From positions 512,001-576,000 of the forward strand of contig JASGHG010000001.1 of the NCBI GenBank assembly GCA_047602425.1: a stretch of 64,000 bases of DNA, read 5' to 3'. Source of the DNA: Nibricoccus sp. (GTDB taxonomy: Bacteria > Verrucomicrobiota > Verrucomicrobiia > Opitutales > Opitutaceae). This document shows, one piece after another, positions 1 through 10,116 of this stretch (position 1 is the stretch's first letter; each line of letters starts with the position of its first letter). Under the pieces are notes generated by a model. That model searched no databases. It was not told the DNA's origin and worked only from the letters and a program-made list of their open reading frames with translations. Both the position numbers and the translations under genes were made by a program.

Positions 1-531
1 ATTCAGAAAAAATTCCTCAAGGAACGTAAAATCTTCCTCTGGGGCGCCGTGACCGACGAGACCGCCAAGGATCTCACCGAAAAGTTGCTTTATCTTGAGG
101 CTGAAGCTCCAGGCAAAGAGATTTCTTTCTATATGAACACGCCGGGCGGATCCATCACCGCCGGCATGGCCGTGTACGACACGATGAAAATGATCACCTC
201 GCCGATCACGGTGATCGTCACAGGCATGGCCGCGTCGATGGGCTCGATTCTTCTCAGCGGCGCACCCAAGGGCCGTCGTCTGCTTTATCCGCATTCGCGC
301 GTGCTCATTCACCAGCCGCTGATTTCCGGCCGCATGGTCGGTCCCGCCACCGACATCAACATTCAGGCAAAGGAAATGGAAAAGCTCCGCGCCGAACTTA
401 ACCAGATCCTCGCCGACGCTTCAGGCCAGCCGCTCGAACGCATCAACCGTGACACCGACCGCGACTTTTATTTGAACGCGCAGGAAGCCATCGCCTACGG
501 CCTCGCCGACAAGATTGTCGAAAAACTTTAA
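1..531 (+). CDS. clpP: ATP-dependent Clp protease proteolytic subunit (5' partial, frame open from base 1)
   Basis: Frame reads IQKKFLKERKIFLWG... from base 1; YMNTPGGS, catalytic Ser GMAASMGS, His VLIHQP, DTDRDFYLNAQEAIAYGLAD. Confidence 0.97.
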   Translation: MQKKFLKERKIFLWGAVTDETAKDLTEKLLYLEAEAPGKEISFYMNTPGGSITAGMAVYDTMKMITSPITVIVTGMAASMGSILLSGAPKGRRLLYPHSRVLIHQPLISGRMVGPATDINIQAKEMEKLRAELNQILADASGQPLERINRDTDRDFYLNAQEAIAYGLADKIVEKL

Positions 532-561
532 GGCCGTTGCCTTATAATACTTGGTTTCGCC

Positions 562-590
562 AAGCCCGCCGAATTGCCGGCGGGCTTTTT
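562..590 (+). terminator. Rho-independent terminator after clpP
   Basis: AAGCCCGCCG-AATTGC-CGGCGGGCTT followed by a T run. Confidence 0.85.
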
Positions 591-725
591 GTTGTTCACC
601 CACAACTATCTTCAAGAGGTAATATTTTGTTCCCTCAAAGCCGTAGTTTTCCTAGCAAAAAAATTCTTCGATAAAAACCTCCAAGCCTTTGACAAAACTG
701 CGGCCAAGCGCGAAATTTCGCCGGG

Positions 726-871
726 GTCGCTCCTATTTCAGCTCCGTGTTTTTCACGCAGCTCCAGCCAATCGGGAAATGAGCGGCGTCACGGCGCCGGA
801 CTCTCCGGCGCACCGCGGTTTCGGCCGCGTCAACGCCAACTGCATCCGCATGCGACTCAGCGTAGGATGCA
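726..871 (+). promoter_or_regulatory. Structured 5' leader, candidate cis-regulatory RNA
   Basis: Four stems (726-739/775-786, 793-800/804-811, 814-819/824-829 with a UUCG loop, 841-847/865-871) between a TTGACA at 689-694 and the ATG at 888. Confidence 0.45.
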
Positions 872-887
872 AAACCCACATCAAAAT

Positions 888-2225
888 ATGTCAGTTCTCG
901 CCACGGAGTCCACTCTGCCCCGGATCGGCATGGTTTCCACCCACGGTTATGTCGCGGCCATTCCGCCCTTGGGCGCGGCCGACACGGGCGGCCAGGTCGT
1001 CTACGTGCTGGAGCTCTCCAAAAAACTCGCGCTCCTTGGTTACGAGGTCGACATCTGGACACGCCAGTTCGAAGACCAGCCGCAACTTGAGGTCGTAAAT
1101 GAGCGCGTCCGCATCATCCGCATGCCCTGTGGCGGCCGCGATTTTATCGATAAGGAATATCTCGTCCGCCACCTCGGCGAATGGTCTGAAAACGCCCTTC
1201 GCTTCATCGAGAAACACCAGCTGCGCTATCAGTTTTTCAACAGCCATTATTGGGACGCCGGTGTCGCGACCCAACGTCTTTGCGAAGCGCTCGACGTGCC
1301 GCACGTCCATACGCCGCATTCGCTCGGTCTCTGGAAAAAACAGCTGATGGAAAAAGATTATCCGGATGACGCCGCGAATTTCGAAAAAAAGTACAACTTC
1401 ACCCAGCGCATCAACGAGGAGACCATTCTCTATCGCTCTTGCGACGAGATCATCGCGACCACGCCACCCCAAGTCGACATGATCGTGCAGGACTATGGCG
1501 CACCCAGTGAACAGGTACAAATGATTCCGCCCGGTTACGACGACAACCGTTTCTATCCGATGAGCGCGGCCACCCGCAATGGCATCCGCCAGCGCCTCGG
1601 CTTCACCGGAAAGGTCGTCCTCGCGATCGGCCGCCTCGCTCGCAACAAGGGTTACGATCTTCTCATCGACGCGTTTTCGGTCGTGGCCAGTCGCATTCCC
1701 GAAGCGGTCCTTCACCTCGCGGTCGGCGGCACCCAACTCAACCCCGCCGAACAAAAAATCCTGGATGAACTTAAGGCCCAAGTCGCGCAACTCGGCCTGA
1801 ATGAGCGCGTGATTTTCAACGGTTACGTGGCCGACGGCGATCTTGCCGACTGTTACCGCGCAGCCGATGTCTTCGTCCTCAGCAGCCGGTACGAACCTTT
1901 CGGCATGACCGCGATTGAAGCGATGGCCTGCGGCACTCCCACCGTCATCACAACTCATGGCGGCCTTTACCGCGCGGTGACTTTCGGACGCCACGCGCTC
2001 TATGCCGACGCGTTCGACAAAGAAGATCTTGGCATCACAATCTACAAGGTGCTCCGCCACGAACGCCTCTCGAATCGTCTTTCGCGCATGGGCGCTCACA
2101 AGGCGCGCAGCCTCTTCACCTGGACGGGCATCGCGCAACAACTTGTCAGCCTCATCGAGGAACGTGCCACCGCCCTCGCCTTCACCGACAACGAATGGGA
2201 CGAACCATGGAACGATGGTGATTGA
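888..2225 (+). CDS. mfpsA: Mannosylfructose-phosphate synthase-like / sucrose-phosphate synthase family GT4
   Basis: STHGYVAAIPPLGAADTGGQVVYVLEL, SHYWDAG, HTPHSLG, YEPFGMTAIEAMACGTP; C-terminal EPWNDGD as recalled for Agrobacterium MfpsA; ATG 888 preferred over 867. Confidence 0.88.
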   Translation: MSVLATESTLPRIGMVSTHGYVAAIPPLGAADTGGQVVYVLELSKKLALLGYEVDIWTRQFEDQPQLEVVNERVRIIRMPCGGRDFIDKEYLVRHLGEWSENALRFIEKHQLRYQFFNSHYWDAGVATQRLCEALDVPHVHTPHSLGLWKKQLMEKDYPDDAANFEKKYNFTQRINEETILYRSCDEIIATTPPQVDMIVQDYGAPSEQVQMIPPGYDDNRFYPMSAATRNGIRQRLGFTGKVVLAIGRLARNKGYDLLIDAFSVVASRIPEAVLHLAVGGTQLNPAEQKILDELKAQVAQLGLNERVIFNGYVADGDLADCYRAADVFVLSSRYEPFGMTAIEAMACGTPTVITTHGGLYRAVTFGRHALYADAFDKEDLGITIYKVLRHERLSNRLSRMGAHKARSLFTWTGIAQQLVSLIEERATALAFTDNEWDEPWNDGD

Positions 2226-2246
2226 ACCCGGTCCTTCCCTCCTCGC

Positions 2247-4349
2247 ATGAACGCCCACACGCCCATCCGACTGTTCAGCTCCGATCTCGATGGCACTTTG
2301 CTCGGCAATCCGGAAGCCACCCAACGTTTCAAGGCCGTTTGGCAAAAACTTCCTCCAGCAAATCGTCCGCTGCTCGTCTACAACAGCGGACGCCTCATTG
2401 AGGACATGCGGCGTTTTGTATCCAATAACCTGTTACCTGCGCCCGATTACTTCATCGGCGGCGTCGGCACGCAAATCTACGACGAAAAAGCCGGTGCGTT
2501 GCTTCACGATTTCAACCAACGCCTCGACGAAAACTGGGATCCGGAACGTGTCACCGGAATCGCCTCGATCTTCCCAGGCATTCGTCGCCAGCCCGAGGAA
2601 TTCCAAACTCACTACAAGTCCAGCTGGTTTCTCGATAACGCCAAACCGAACCAGCTTCGTGAGCTCGAACAGCAGTTCGCCCGCGCCGGTCTCGCCGTCA
2701 ATATCGTCTATTCCAGCCAGCGCGACCTCGACCTTCTGCCGGTAAATGGAACCAAGGGTTATGCCCTAAAATGGCTCTGCGATCGCCTCGGTGTCCCAAT
2801 CGACACCGTGCTCGTGGCGGGCGACACCGGCAACGACAGCAGCATGTTCCGCCTGCCCGGCGTTCGAGGCATCATCGTCGACAACGCCCAGCCGGAACTT
2901 TTCGAAGCCACGGTCGACATTCCGATTTATACCGCACGCCATGTGCTCGCCGATGGCGTGCTCGATGGACTGCAGCATTTCGGCGTCATCGACAAAACTC
3001 CTTCGATCACGCAAACAGGCATCCCCGCGCACAAGATGGAGACGGGATTTCGCCTCCTCTTCAGTGGCACGAAACTCGGCACTCTCAATCAGGACGACCG
3101 CGCACTCATCCGCACCGGCTATGAAAAAGCCGTGATCGCAATCCGCAAAAACATCACGCCACTGGGTTTTTCCGCGTGCTCGCTCGACGACAATCTCGTC
3201 ACCGGCACCGATGCCAACTACCGCAGCGTTTGGGCGCGCGACGGCTCGATCACCCTTATCTATACGCTCGACTTGGAGGACGAAGACATCCGGTCCGCCC
3301 AACGACAGACTCTTAAAACGCTCCTCAGCGCCGCTTCGCCGAACGGTCAGATCCCTGCCAACGTACGGATCGAAACCGGCGAGGCTGACTATGGTGGTGT
3401 CGGAAATATCTCTTCAATCGACAGCGGTCTTTGGGTCATCATCGCCATCTACAATTTCATCATTAAAACCGGCGACCTCGATTTCCTTCGCACTTACAGC
3501 GAGCGGCTCCAGGTTGCGATGAATTGGCTCAGTGCCCACGACAGCAACAACGACGGCCTGCTCGAAATTCCCGAGGCGGGCGATTGGACCGATCTGTTCG
3601 GTCGCAGTTACAACGTGCTCTACGATGAAGTTCTCTGGTATCGCGCCAATGTCTGTTTTGGCCGCCTGCTGGAACTCCAGGGCGATTTCGAACGCGCCGC
3701 CAACTACCTGCGCTGGTCGCAAAAAATCCGCAGCCGCATTCTCGATACCTTCTGGCCTTCAACCAAAACTAGCAGCCCCCTCCAACAGACTTCGACCAAT
3801 CGCTTTGCCGACCGTCAGTTCGGCCTCGGCGACGCACAATATCTTCTCGCTGAAATTACACCTTTTTCCTTCAACTGGCGCTGCGACGTCTACGGCAACG
3901 TCCTCGCTTACCTCATGAATCTGCTCGATATCGAGCGTGCCCGCACCGCCTTTCGATTTATGTGGGGTGTCGGCGTGAACAATCCCTGGCCAGTCGCAAA
4001 TCTCTATCCCGTCGTACAAGCCGGCGATCCCGACTGGCGCGCCTATTATACGATCAATTTGCTTAACCTGCCCAACCACTACCACAATGGCGGCATCTGG
4101 CCGTTCATCGGCGGCATGTGGGTGCGTTTCATTCACCGCATTGGTTTTCACGGCGTCGCCCTGCGCGAACTTGTACAACTCGCTCATCTAAATCGCACCG
4201 GCCGCGAGCACGAGTGGGAGTTCAACGAGTGGGCCCATGGCGTCACCGGACGCCCGATGGGAAAAGCGTTCCAAGCCTGGTCCGCCGCCTCGTTTATCAA
4301 GGCTTGTCACGAGGTCGAAGCCGACCCCGCACATCTAAGCCGCGACTAA
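2247..4349 (+). CDS. Fusion of a HAD-IIB sugar-phosphate phosphatase (MfppA/SPP-like) and an (alpha/alpha)6 glycoside hydrolase (GH100 invertase / amylo-alpha-1,6-glucosidase-like)
   Basis: N-terminal SSDLDGTLLG, YNSGR, AGDTGND HAD motifs; C-terminal YRSVWARDG, IDSGLW, YHNGGIWP, EFNEW, QAWSAA. Confidence 0.85.
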   Translation: MNAHTPIRLFSSDLDGTLLGNPEATQRFKAVWQKLPPANRPLLVYNSGRLIEDMRRFVSNNLLPAPDYFIGGVGTQIYDEKAGALLHDFNQRLDENWDPERVTGIASIFPGIRRQPEEFQTHYKSSWFLDNAKPNQLRELEQQFARAGLAVNIVYSSQRDLDLLPVNGTKGYALKWLCDRLGVPIDTVLVAGDTGNDSSMFRLPGVRGIIVDNAQPELFEATVDIPIYTARHVLADGVLDGLQHFGVIDKTPSITQTGIPAHKMETGFRLLFSGTKLGTLNQDDRALIRTGYEKAVIAIRKNITPLGFSACSLDDNLVTGTDANYRSVWARDGSITLIYTLDLEDEDIRSAQRQTLKTLLSAASPNGQIPANVRIETGEADYGGVGNISSIDSGLWVIIAIYNFIIKTGDLDFLRTYSERLQVAMNWLSAHDSNNDGLLEIPEAGDWTDLFGRSYNVLYDEVLWYRANVCFGRLLELQGDFERAANYLRWSQKIRSRILDTFWPSTKTSSPLQQTSTNRFADRQFGLGDAQYLLAEITPFSFNWRCDVYGNVLAYLMNLLDIERARTAFRFMWGVGVNNPWPVANLYPVVQAGDPDWRAYYTINLLNLPNHYHNGGIWPFIGGMWVRFIHRIGFHGVALRELVQLAHLNRTGREHEWEFNEWAHGVTGRPMGKAFQAWSAASFIKACHEVEADPAHLSRD

Positions 4350-4446
4350 CATTTCAAATCAGGCTTGGCGCAAAACCCTGCTGAAAGAAGACAGCCCACT
4401 TACTGCCTTCCGCGTGTAAACCGATTGGCTCGTCAGCTTGGCCCTA

Positions 4447-4749
4447 TCAGTAGGTTGTGGCCACACGGACGTTTGTCCGAAATCGCATTTGTTCCAATGG
4501 CGCTTCGGAAGGCCGCAACAACTTTGCCGGTATAACCGCCAGAAGGAAGGAATGCAAACGCACCACGCCTTCATGCGTGAGGTAAGAAATTCCGACGGTG
4601 CCCACCACCCAACTCATAAATTCCAGCCATACCGCCCGCACTGAAGATTCACTCATCACGACATCCGAAGAAACCATTTGCGCGATCGCCGGACTCGTAT
4701 GCATCAGTAAGCCCAGAATGAAAAAACAGAGTGCGTTCTTAATGTTCAT
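4447..4749 (-). CDS. Small exported or membrane hypothetical protein
   Basis: Signal-peptide-like N-terminus (..HTSPAIA-Q), a second hydrophobic segment, and a sigma54-like motif just upstream. Confidence 0.45.
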   Translation of the reverse strand: MNIKNALCFFILGLLMHTSPAIAQMVSSDVVMSESSVRAVWLEFMSWVVGTVGISYLTHEGVVRLHSFLLAVIPAKLLRPSEAPLEQMRFRTNVRVATTY

Positions 4750-4781
4750 GAGGGTATGAAAATTTCGTTTCGCTTCCTATA

Positions 4782-4796
4782 GCCATGCTCATGCCA
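4782..4796 (-). promoter_or_regulatory. Putative sigma54 (-24/-12) promoter
   Basis: Minus strand TGGCATGAGCATGGC has GG-N10-GC spacing; AT-rich tract at 4811-4846 immediately upstream. Confidence 0.55.
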
Positions 4797-5009
4797 AGCA
4801 TGTCCAGCTCATCATTAATTGTTAATTTATAGCATTTTATCAATTTCGACACCTGTGCAACAGCCTACTTTTCATGCATTCAGCAAGGTGCTTAAAACCT
4901 TCGTTCTTGCAGGTTGCATGATGGCGAAATGAATGCTGATAAGAAGCGTAAAGAGAACAAATTTTCATCGCTTCTTACTAATTTCCAGCGATTTACTTAA
5001 AACTTCGCA

Positions 5010-6059
5010 TCAACACACCAGCGCCCGATAATCGACGAAGTCCGTCGTAAAGCCGCCGCGGAGTCCTTTGCAGATGGCAGATACGGCATCGTGGGAATGC
5101 AGCGATTCCAGATGTGCGCAAACCACCAGGAAATCCTTGATTCTTTTGTCGGTATCGAGTTGTTCGAAAAGCAATCGTGCTGCGTCCTCGACAAACTTGA
5201 TATACGCGCCGTTAAGTTCGGCGAAGGCCTGCTCGTCCTCACGTTTCACCATCACCTGCGTCTCGGTGCGCAATGCAGTGAGGCAATGGGCATGCAGATC
5301 CTCGATCGGAAGATCCTCGCCCTCAGCCAATTCGATGCGCACCCGGGCCTTCGAGCGCTGGCTGTGCCCGATCGCATAGGTGCCGCGTTCTTCGCGCGCA
5401 TGTTCCGCAAGTTCGGCTGAACATGGACAAGCCGACGAATAAACAAAATCGAATTCGATGAAGCGACGAAACGTGCCGTCGCGATCGAGCGACCCAATAT
5501 ACGAAACCACGTAATACCGGTAACCTTCCAGCCCACTGCGCAGGCTGCGCTGCACGAGCGGATAATTGAACGTGAGCTTCAGCTTCGCATCGAAGGAACC
5601 CACCGCGCGCCGGTGCTCAGTGAGAATTTTCTTCAAGGTCGACGTCGTGATAATCTCGCCCTTGTGCTGATAAAAAGAACGCATGATGCGGCTCATGTTA
5701 ATGCCCTTGTGATTGGCTTCCAAAGAAACGGTGCCGGTCACGGAGGTTTCAAGCGTCACGGGTTTGCCTCCTCTCACGGCGAACTTCAGTGGTAGCTTAA
5801 AATTGGATACACCCACTTGCTGGATCGGTGTGTTGGCGCCTTCGATGGCATCGTCCGCGTCCATCACATCCGGCAGCGTGGCGCGGTAGGCATCCGTCGC
5901 ACGGAAAGCCGCGTCGTAACTCCGTTTCAATTTCGCCGGCTCTTTGCCGCCCCGGATGCGATGCAGGTAGAGTTTTTTGGACGCTGGCGTCGTCTCTTTC
6001 TGCGTGGTCGATAGGGCGGGCGAATTCTTTGCGGCGGCGGATCGGATTGTACGTTTCAT
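5010..6059 (-). CDS. folE2: GTP cyclohydrolase I type IB (FolE2)
   Basis: [55 protein letters not shown]; start set at MKRTIR (ATG 6059). Confidence 0.93.
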   Translation of the reverse strand: MKRTIRSAAAKNSPALSTTQKETTPASKKLYLHRIRGGKEPAKLKRSYDAAFRATDAYRATLPDVMDADDAIEGANTPIQQVGVSNFKLPLKFAVRGGKPVTLETSVTGTVSLEANHKGINMSRIMRSFYQHKGEIITTSTLKKILTEHRRAVGSFDAKLKLTFNYPLVQRSLRSGLEGYRYYVVSYIGSLDRDGTFRRFIEFDFVYSSACPCSAELAEHAREERGTYAIGHSQRSKARVRIELAEGEDLPIEDLHAHCLTALRTETQVMVKREDEQAFAELNGAYIKFVEDAARLLFEQLDTDKRIKDFLVVCAHLESLHSHDAVSAICKGLRGGFTTDFVDYRALVC

Positions 6060-6320
6060 GTTCGTTTTTGTTGGTTCGGCCAGGCGGTTATACGAAAACC
6101 GTAGGCGCGTCGCGGACACCGGGATCGGAGGCGCGAACGTGCTTAGCTGGTCGGAAGTGAAAATGAGGGGCGCAATAGAACGTATCCCGGGGTCGCAAGT
6201 CAAATGCGGCCTCGCGTCTATCCTTCGGCGAACTGTAAGGCGTTTTACCCCCGTGTTTTTCCACTTGGGCGGGTTGATTGCATATCGCGCCTGCACAAGG
6301 TGTCGCGTCTTCCGCTCCCC

Positions 6321-6809
6321 ATGCCTTCATTACGCTTACAAGTTAACGGCAAGGTGCACACGGTCGAGGTCGCGGATCCGTCGACGCCTTTGCTCTGGGT
6401 ACTCCGCGACAATCTCGGACTCGTTGGCACCAAATACGGTTGCGGCATGTCGCTTTGCGGCGCGTGCACCGTGCACCTCGCTGGCAATGCCATCCGCTCC
6501 TGCTCTTTCCCGGCCATCGCCGCAGTCGGCCAGCCGATCACCACCATTGAAGGCCTCGCCGCCGACGCGGAGCATTTGCATCCGTTGCAGGAAGCGTGGA
6601 TCGAACACGACGTCCCGCAATGCGGCTATTGTCAGGCCGGCCAGATCATGCAGGTCGCGGCGTTGCTCAAGCGAAACCCCTCGCCTTCCGACGCCGACAT
6701 CGACGCTGAAATGGCGGGCAACCTTTGTCGTTGCGGTACCTACCTGCGCATTCGCGCGGCCATCCACACCGCGGCCAAACAAATTCCCGCGAAAGGAGCC
6801 TCGTCATGA
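6321..6809 (+). CDS. iorA: Isoquinoline 1-oxidoreductase / aldehyde oxidase small (2Fe-2S) subunit
   Basis: [37 protein letters not shown]. Confidence 0.92.
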   Translation: MPSLRLQVNGKVHTVEVADPSTPLLWVLRDNLGLVGTKYGCGMSLCGACTVHLAGNAIRSCSFPAIAAVGQPITTIEGLAADAEHLHPLQEAWIEHDVPQCGYCQAGQIMQVAALLKRNPSPSDADIDAEMAGNLCRCGTYLRIRAAIHTAAKQIPAKGASS

Positions 6810-9091
6810 ACGGTCCTTCCAACCCAAACCTTCCGCCATCGGTCATTGTCGCCGAGAACGAAATCGACGCTGCGCTCGCCCAGGCTGCAGGCGTCGCCCA
6901 ACCGCTGGATCGCCGCACATTTCTCAAGCTCACCGGCCTCGCTGGCGGCGGACTCACGCTGGCGTTTTTCCTCGGCGGACGCAGCGAAACCTTTGCCGCC
7001 TCTGAAACGGCGCTCTCGCCCGGTTCCGCATCAGGGGACTTTGCCCCCAATGCCTTCATTCGCATCGCCCCCGATGGTCTCGTGACCATTTACGCCAAAA
7101 ATCCCGAGATCGGCCAGGGCGTGAAAACATCCTTTCCGATGATTGTCGCCGAGGAACTCGGTGCCTCCTGGGAAAAGGTTCGGGTGGAACAGGCGCCCGT
7201 CGATCAAGCGCGTTTTGGCACGCAAAGCGCGGGCGGCTCGACTTCGATTCCAAACAATTGGGAACGCCTACGTCGCGCCGGCGCGGTAGCCCGCACCATG
7301 TTGATCGCCGCGGCCACTGCCGAGTGGAAAGTCTCGCCGGAGGAATGCACTTCGGAAAATCACGAAGTTGTCCACGCGGGCTCCAATCGCCGACTCGCCT
7401 TCGGCGCTCTCGCCAGCAAAGCCGCGGCACTGCCCGTGCCGGACGAGCGCTCCGTAAAATTGAAAGATCGCGCCCAATTCCAACTCCTCGGCCGCAGGAT
7501 CACCGGCGTCGACAATCGAGCCATTGTTACCGGTTTACCTTTGTTCGGCATCGACCAGGCCCCGAAAAACACGCTCTACGCCGTTTACGAAAAATGCCCT
7601 GTGTTTGGCGGCAAGGTCGTGCAGGCCAACCTCGACGAGATCAAAAAGCTTCCCGGCGTGAAAAACGCCTTCGTCATCGACGGCAACCAACACGACGACG
7701 AATTGATGCCGGGCGTGGCCATTGTCGCGACTTCCACGTGGGCGGCTTTTCAAGCGCGCCTGAAACTGAATGTTCAGTGGGACGAGTCCGGCGCGTCGAA
7801 AGACAGCTGGTCCGGCTTTGTCGAAAAAGCCAAAGCCCTCGCCGACAAGCCGGGAAAAACCATGCGGGCCGTCGGCGACGTCGATAAGGCGTTCGGCTCC
7901 GCCAAAATCGTCGAGGCGTCTTATACGTATCCATTTCTCTCACACGCCACGTTGGAGCCGCAAAACTGCACGGCGTGGTTCCATGACGGGATTATGGAAA
8001 TCTGGGCACCCTCGCAGACTCCCGGCGGCGGTGGCGATACTGTCGGCCGTGTCCTTGGACTTGCCCATGAAAAAATCGTCGTTCATCTCACGCGCATCGG
8101 CGGCGGCTTCGGTCGACGCCTGCTGAACGATTACATGGTCGAAGCAGCCGCTATCGCCAAACAAACCGACGCGCCGGTCAAGCTCACCTGGCCGAGAGAG
8201 AGTGACATGGCGCACGATTTCTACCGCGCGGGCGGTTTCCATCATTTCAAAGGCGGCGTGGACACCGCCGGTAAATTAATTGCCTGGCAGGACCATTTTG
8301 TAACGTTCGGCGCAGCCGATAAAACCGGCCGTGGCGCCGCGATGGGCGCCGAGGAGTTTCCTTCGCCCGTTGTCCCTAATTATCGTTTCGGTCAAACGGT
8401 CCTCGACTCGGGCACCCCCACCGGCTGGTGGCGTGCGCCGGGCGCTTGTGCCTTCGCCTGGGCGGTCCAGAGCTTTCTTCATGAGCTTTCCGTTACCGGC
8501 GGACGCGATCATTTGGAATTTCTCCTTGAGCTCATGGGCGAGCCGCGAAAATTCCCGCCGGAAGGGCGCAATCCTCTCAATACCGGCCGCGCCGCCGCCG
8601 TGATCAAGCTCGCTGCCGAGAAAGCCGATTGGGGCAAACCGCTGCCTCCGGGCCGCGGGCGCGGTCTCGCCTTTCACTTCAGCCATCGCGGACATTTCGC
8701 CGAGGTGGCCGAAGTAAGCGTCGACGCCAACAATCGCCTCAAGGTTCACCGAGTCACCGTGGCCGGCGATGTCGGCCCGATCATCAATCGCAGCGGCGCC
8801 GAAAACCAAATCGAAGGTTCGGTTATCGATGGTCTCAGCGCAATGTGGGCGCAGGAAATCACGATGGAGAGTGGCCGCGTCACGCAGTCAAATTTCCACG
8901 ATTACGCCCTTCTGCGCATGCCCGACGCACCACAAGTTTCCGTGCACTTGATCGAAAGCGACAATCCTCCCACGGGCTTGGGCGAGCCTGCGCTGCCGCC
9001 TCTGGCACCCGCTGTGTGCAACGCGATTTTCGCCGCCACGGGGAAACGCGTCCGCACGCTCCCGCTCACGAAGGCAGGTTTCTCCGCCTGA
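6806..9091 (+). CDS. iorB: Xanthine dehydrogenase-family molybdopterin-binding large subunit (IorB-like), Tat-exported
   Basis: ATGA overlap with iorA; RRTFLK twin-arginine motif; [45 protein letters not shown]. Confidence 0.9.
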   Translation: MNGPSNPNLPPSVIVAENEIDAALAQAAGVAQPLDRRTFLKLTGLAGGGLTLAFFLGGRSETFAASETALSPGSASGDFAPNAFIRIAPDGLVTIYAKNPEIGQGVKTSFPMIVAEELGASWEKVRVEQAPVDQARFGTQSAGGSTSIPNNWERLRRAGAVARTMLIAAATAEWKVSPEECTSENHEVVHAGSNRRLAFGALASKAAALPVPDERSVKLKDRAQFQLLGRRITGVDNRAIVTGLPLFGIDQAPKNTLYAVYEKCPVFGGKVVQANLDEIKKLPGVKNAFVIDGNQHDDELMPGVAIVATSTWAAFQARLKLNVQWDESGASKDSWSGFVEKAKALADKPGKTMRAVGDVDKAFGSAKIVEASYTYPFLSHATLEPQNCTAWFHDGIMEIWAPSQTPGGGGDTVGRVLGLAHEKIVVHLTRIGGGFGRRLLNDYMVEAAAIAKQTDAPVKLTWPRESDMAHDFYRAGGFHHFKGGVDTAGKLIAWQDHFVTFGAADKTGRGAAMGAEEFPSPVVPNYRFGQTVLDSGTPTGWWRAPGACAFAWAVQSFLHELSVTGGRDHLEFLLELMGEPRKFPPEGRNPLNTGRAAAVIKLAAEKADWGKPLPPGRGRGLAFHFSHRGHFAEVAEVSVDANNRLKVHRVTVAGDVGPIINRSGAENQIEGSVIDGLSAMWAQEITMESGRVTQSNFHDYALLRMPDAPQVSVHLIESDNPPTGLGEPALPPLAPAVCNAIFAATGKRVRTLPLTKAGFSA

Positions 9092-9227
9092 TGTTGCTCA
9101 GGATCGCTTAGCCTCCTCCGCTGACACAAACATCTTTCGCCGCACCAGTTTTCCGTTCATCGCCATCGTCTGGCCTCGACAAGCTTGCAAAGCCCGCCGC
9201 GCAGTGCTTCGACACTGGACGACAAAC

Positions 9228-10025
9228 ATGAGCATGCGTTTTTGCATTTTGGGCAGCGGCAGTTCCGGCAACTGCGCCTTCCTCCAGACCGAGCAAACGC
9301 GCGTCCTCGTCGATGCAGGCTTTTCCGCGCGAAAGACCCAGCAACTTCTCTCCGCTTTTGGCGAATCGCTCGAAAAAATTGAGGCGATTTTCCTGACCCA
9401 TGAGCACGGCGACCACGCGGCCGCCATCAATGGCCTCGCCCGCTATCCGCACATCAAGGTCTTTGCCAATTCGCCCACCGCACGCTCGCTTCAATCCGGA
9501 CTCGAACATCGCATCGACTGGCAACTCTTCGAAACAGGGACCCGTTTTCACTTCCGGGATTTGGAGGTACAGAGTTTCTCGGTTCCGCACGACGCCCAGG
9601 AGCCGGTCGGTTTCGTCTTTGCCCATGGCAACGACGACCTGCTTTCGCCCCGTCGCCGTCTCGCCTGGCTCACCGACCTCGGTCACGCACCGCGGCATAT
9701 TCATGAGCACATCCGCGAAGTCGACGTCGTGGTCGTCGAAGCCAATCATTGCTCCGATTTGCTCAAGGCCGATACCAAACGCCCTTGGTCCGTCAAACAG
9801 CGCATCAGTGGACGCCACGGCCACCTTTCCAACTCCAGCGCCCGCGAACTTCTTGAGTCCGTCGCAAGCCCGCGTTGGCGACAAATTTATCTCACGCATC
9901 TTAGCCGCGATTGTAACAGCCCGGAAACCGTGGAGCGGGCCTTTGCATCGACCAAGAGTACACTGAGTTGCACATTTTCGGTTGTGGCTCCGGGCGCCGG
10001 GACGCCCTTCTACGATTTTTCGTAG
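9228..10025 (+). CDS. MBL-fold metallo-hydrolase (YycJ/WalJ-like)
   Basis: LGSGSSGN, THEHGDH, VPHDA, TDLGH, EANH, GHLSN, HLSRDCN. Confidence 0.9.
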   Translation: MSMRFCILGSGSSGNCAFLQTEQTRVLVDAGFSARKTQQLLSAFGESLEKIEAIFLTHEHGDHAAAINGLARYPHIKVFANSPTARSLQSGLEHRIDWQLFETGTRFHFRDLEVQSFSVPHDAQEPVGFVFAHGNDDLLSPRRRLAWLTDLGHAPRHIHEHIREVDVVVVEANHCSDLLKADTKRPWSVKQRISGRHGHLSNSSARELLESVASPRWRQIYLTHLSRDCNSPETVERAFASTKSTLSCTFSVVAPGAGTPFYDFS

Positions 10026-10116
10026 CCCAACTTTCGATTGGCCTTCCGTCCGGAAACTCCAATGTTGGAGGCTCGCGTTTTTCGCTTCCAGTGAGACACG
10101 CGCCTAATTTTCCAAC

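Noticed and set aside
891..2345. 484-aa minus-strand ORF, and similar long antisense ORFs at 10537-11679, 38555-39574 and 46904-47881
   Set aside because: Shadow frames of well-supported genes with high GC3; no recognisable motifs.
6060..6200. ZTP or THF-II riboswitch upstream of folE2
   Set aside because: A small hairpin and CGCCTGG are present, but the other conserved elements I would expect were not found; an Rfam scan would settle it.
5977..6805. N-terminal extensions in the ORF track (6204, 6296, 6725; likewise 43777 and 48823)
   Set aside because: Family motifs or signal peptides begin at downstream ATGs, several with ATGA coupling to the upstream gene.
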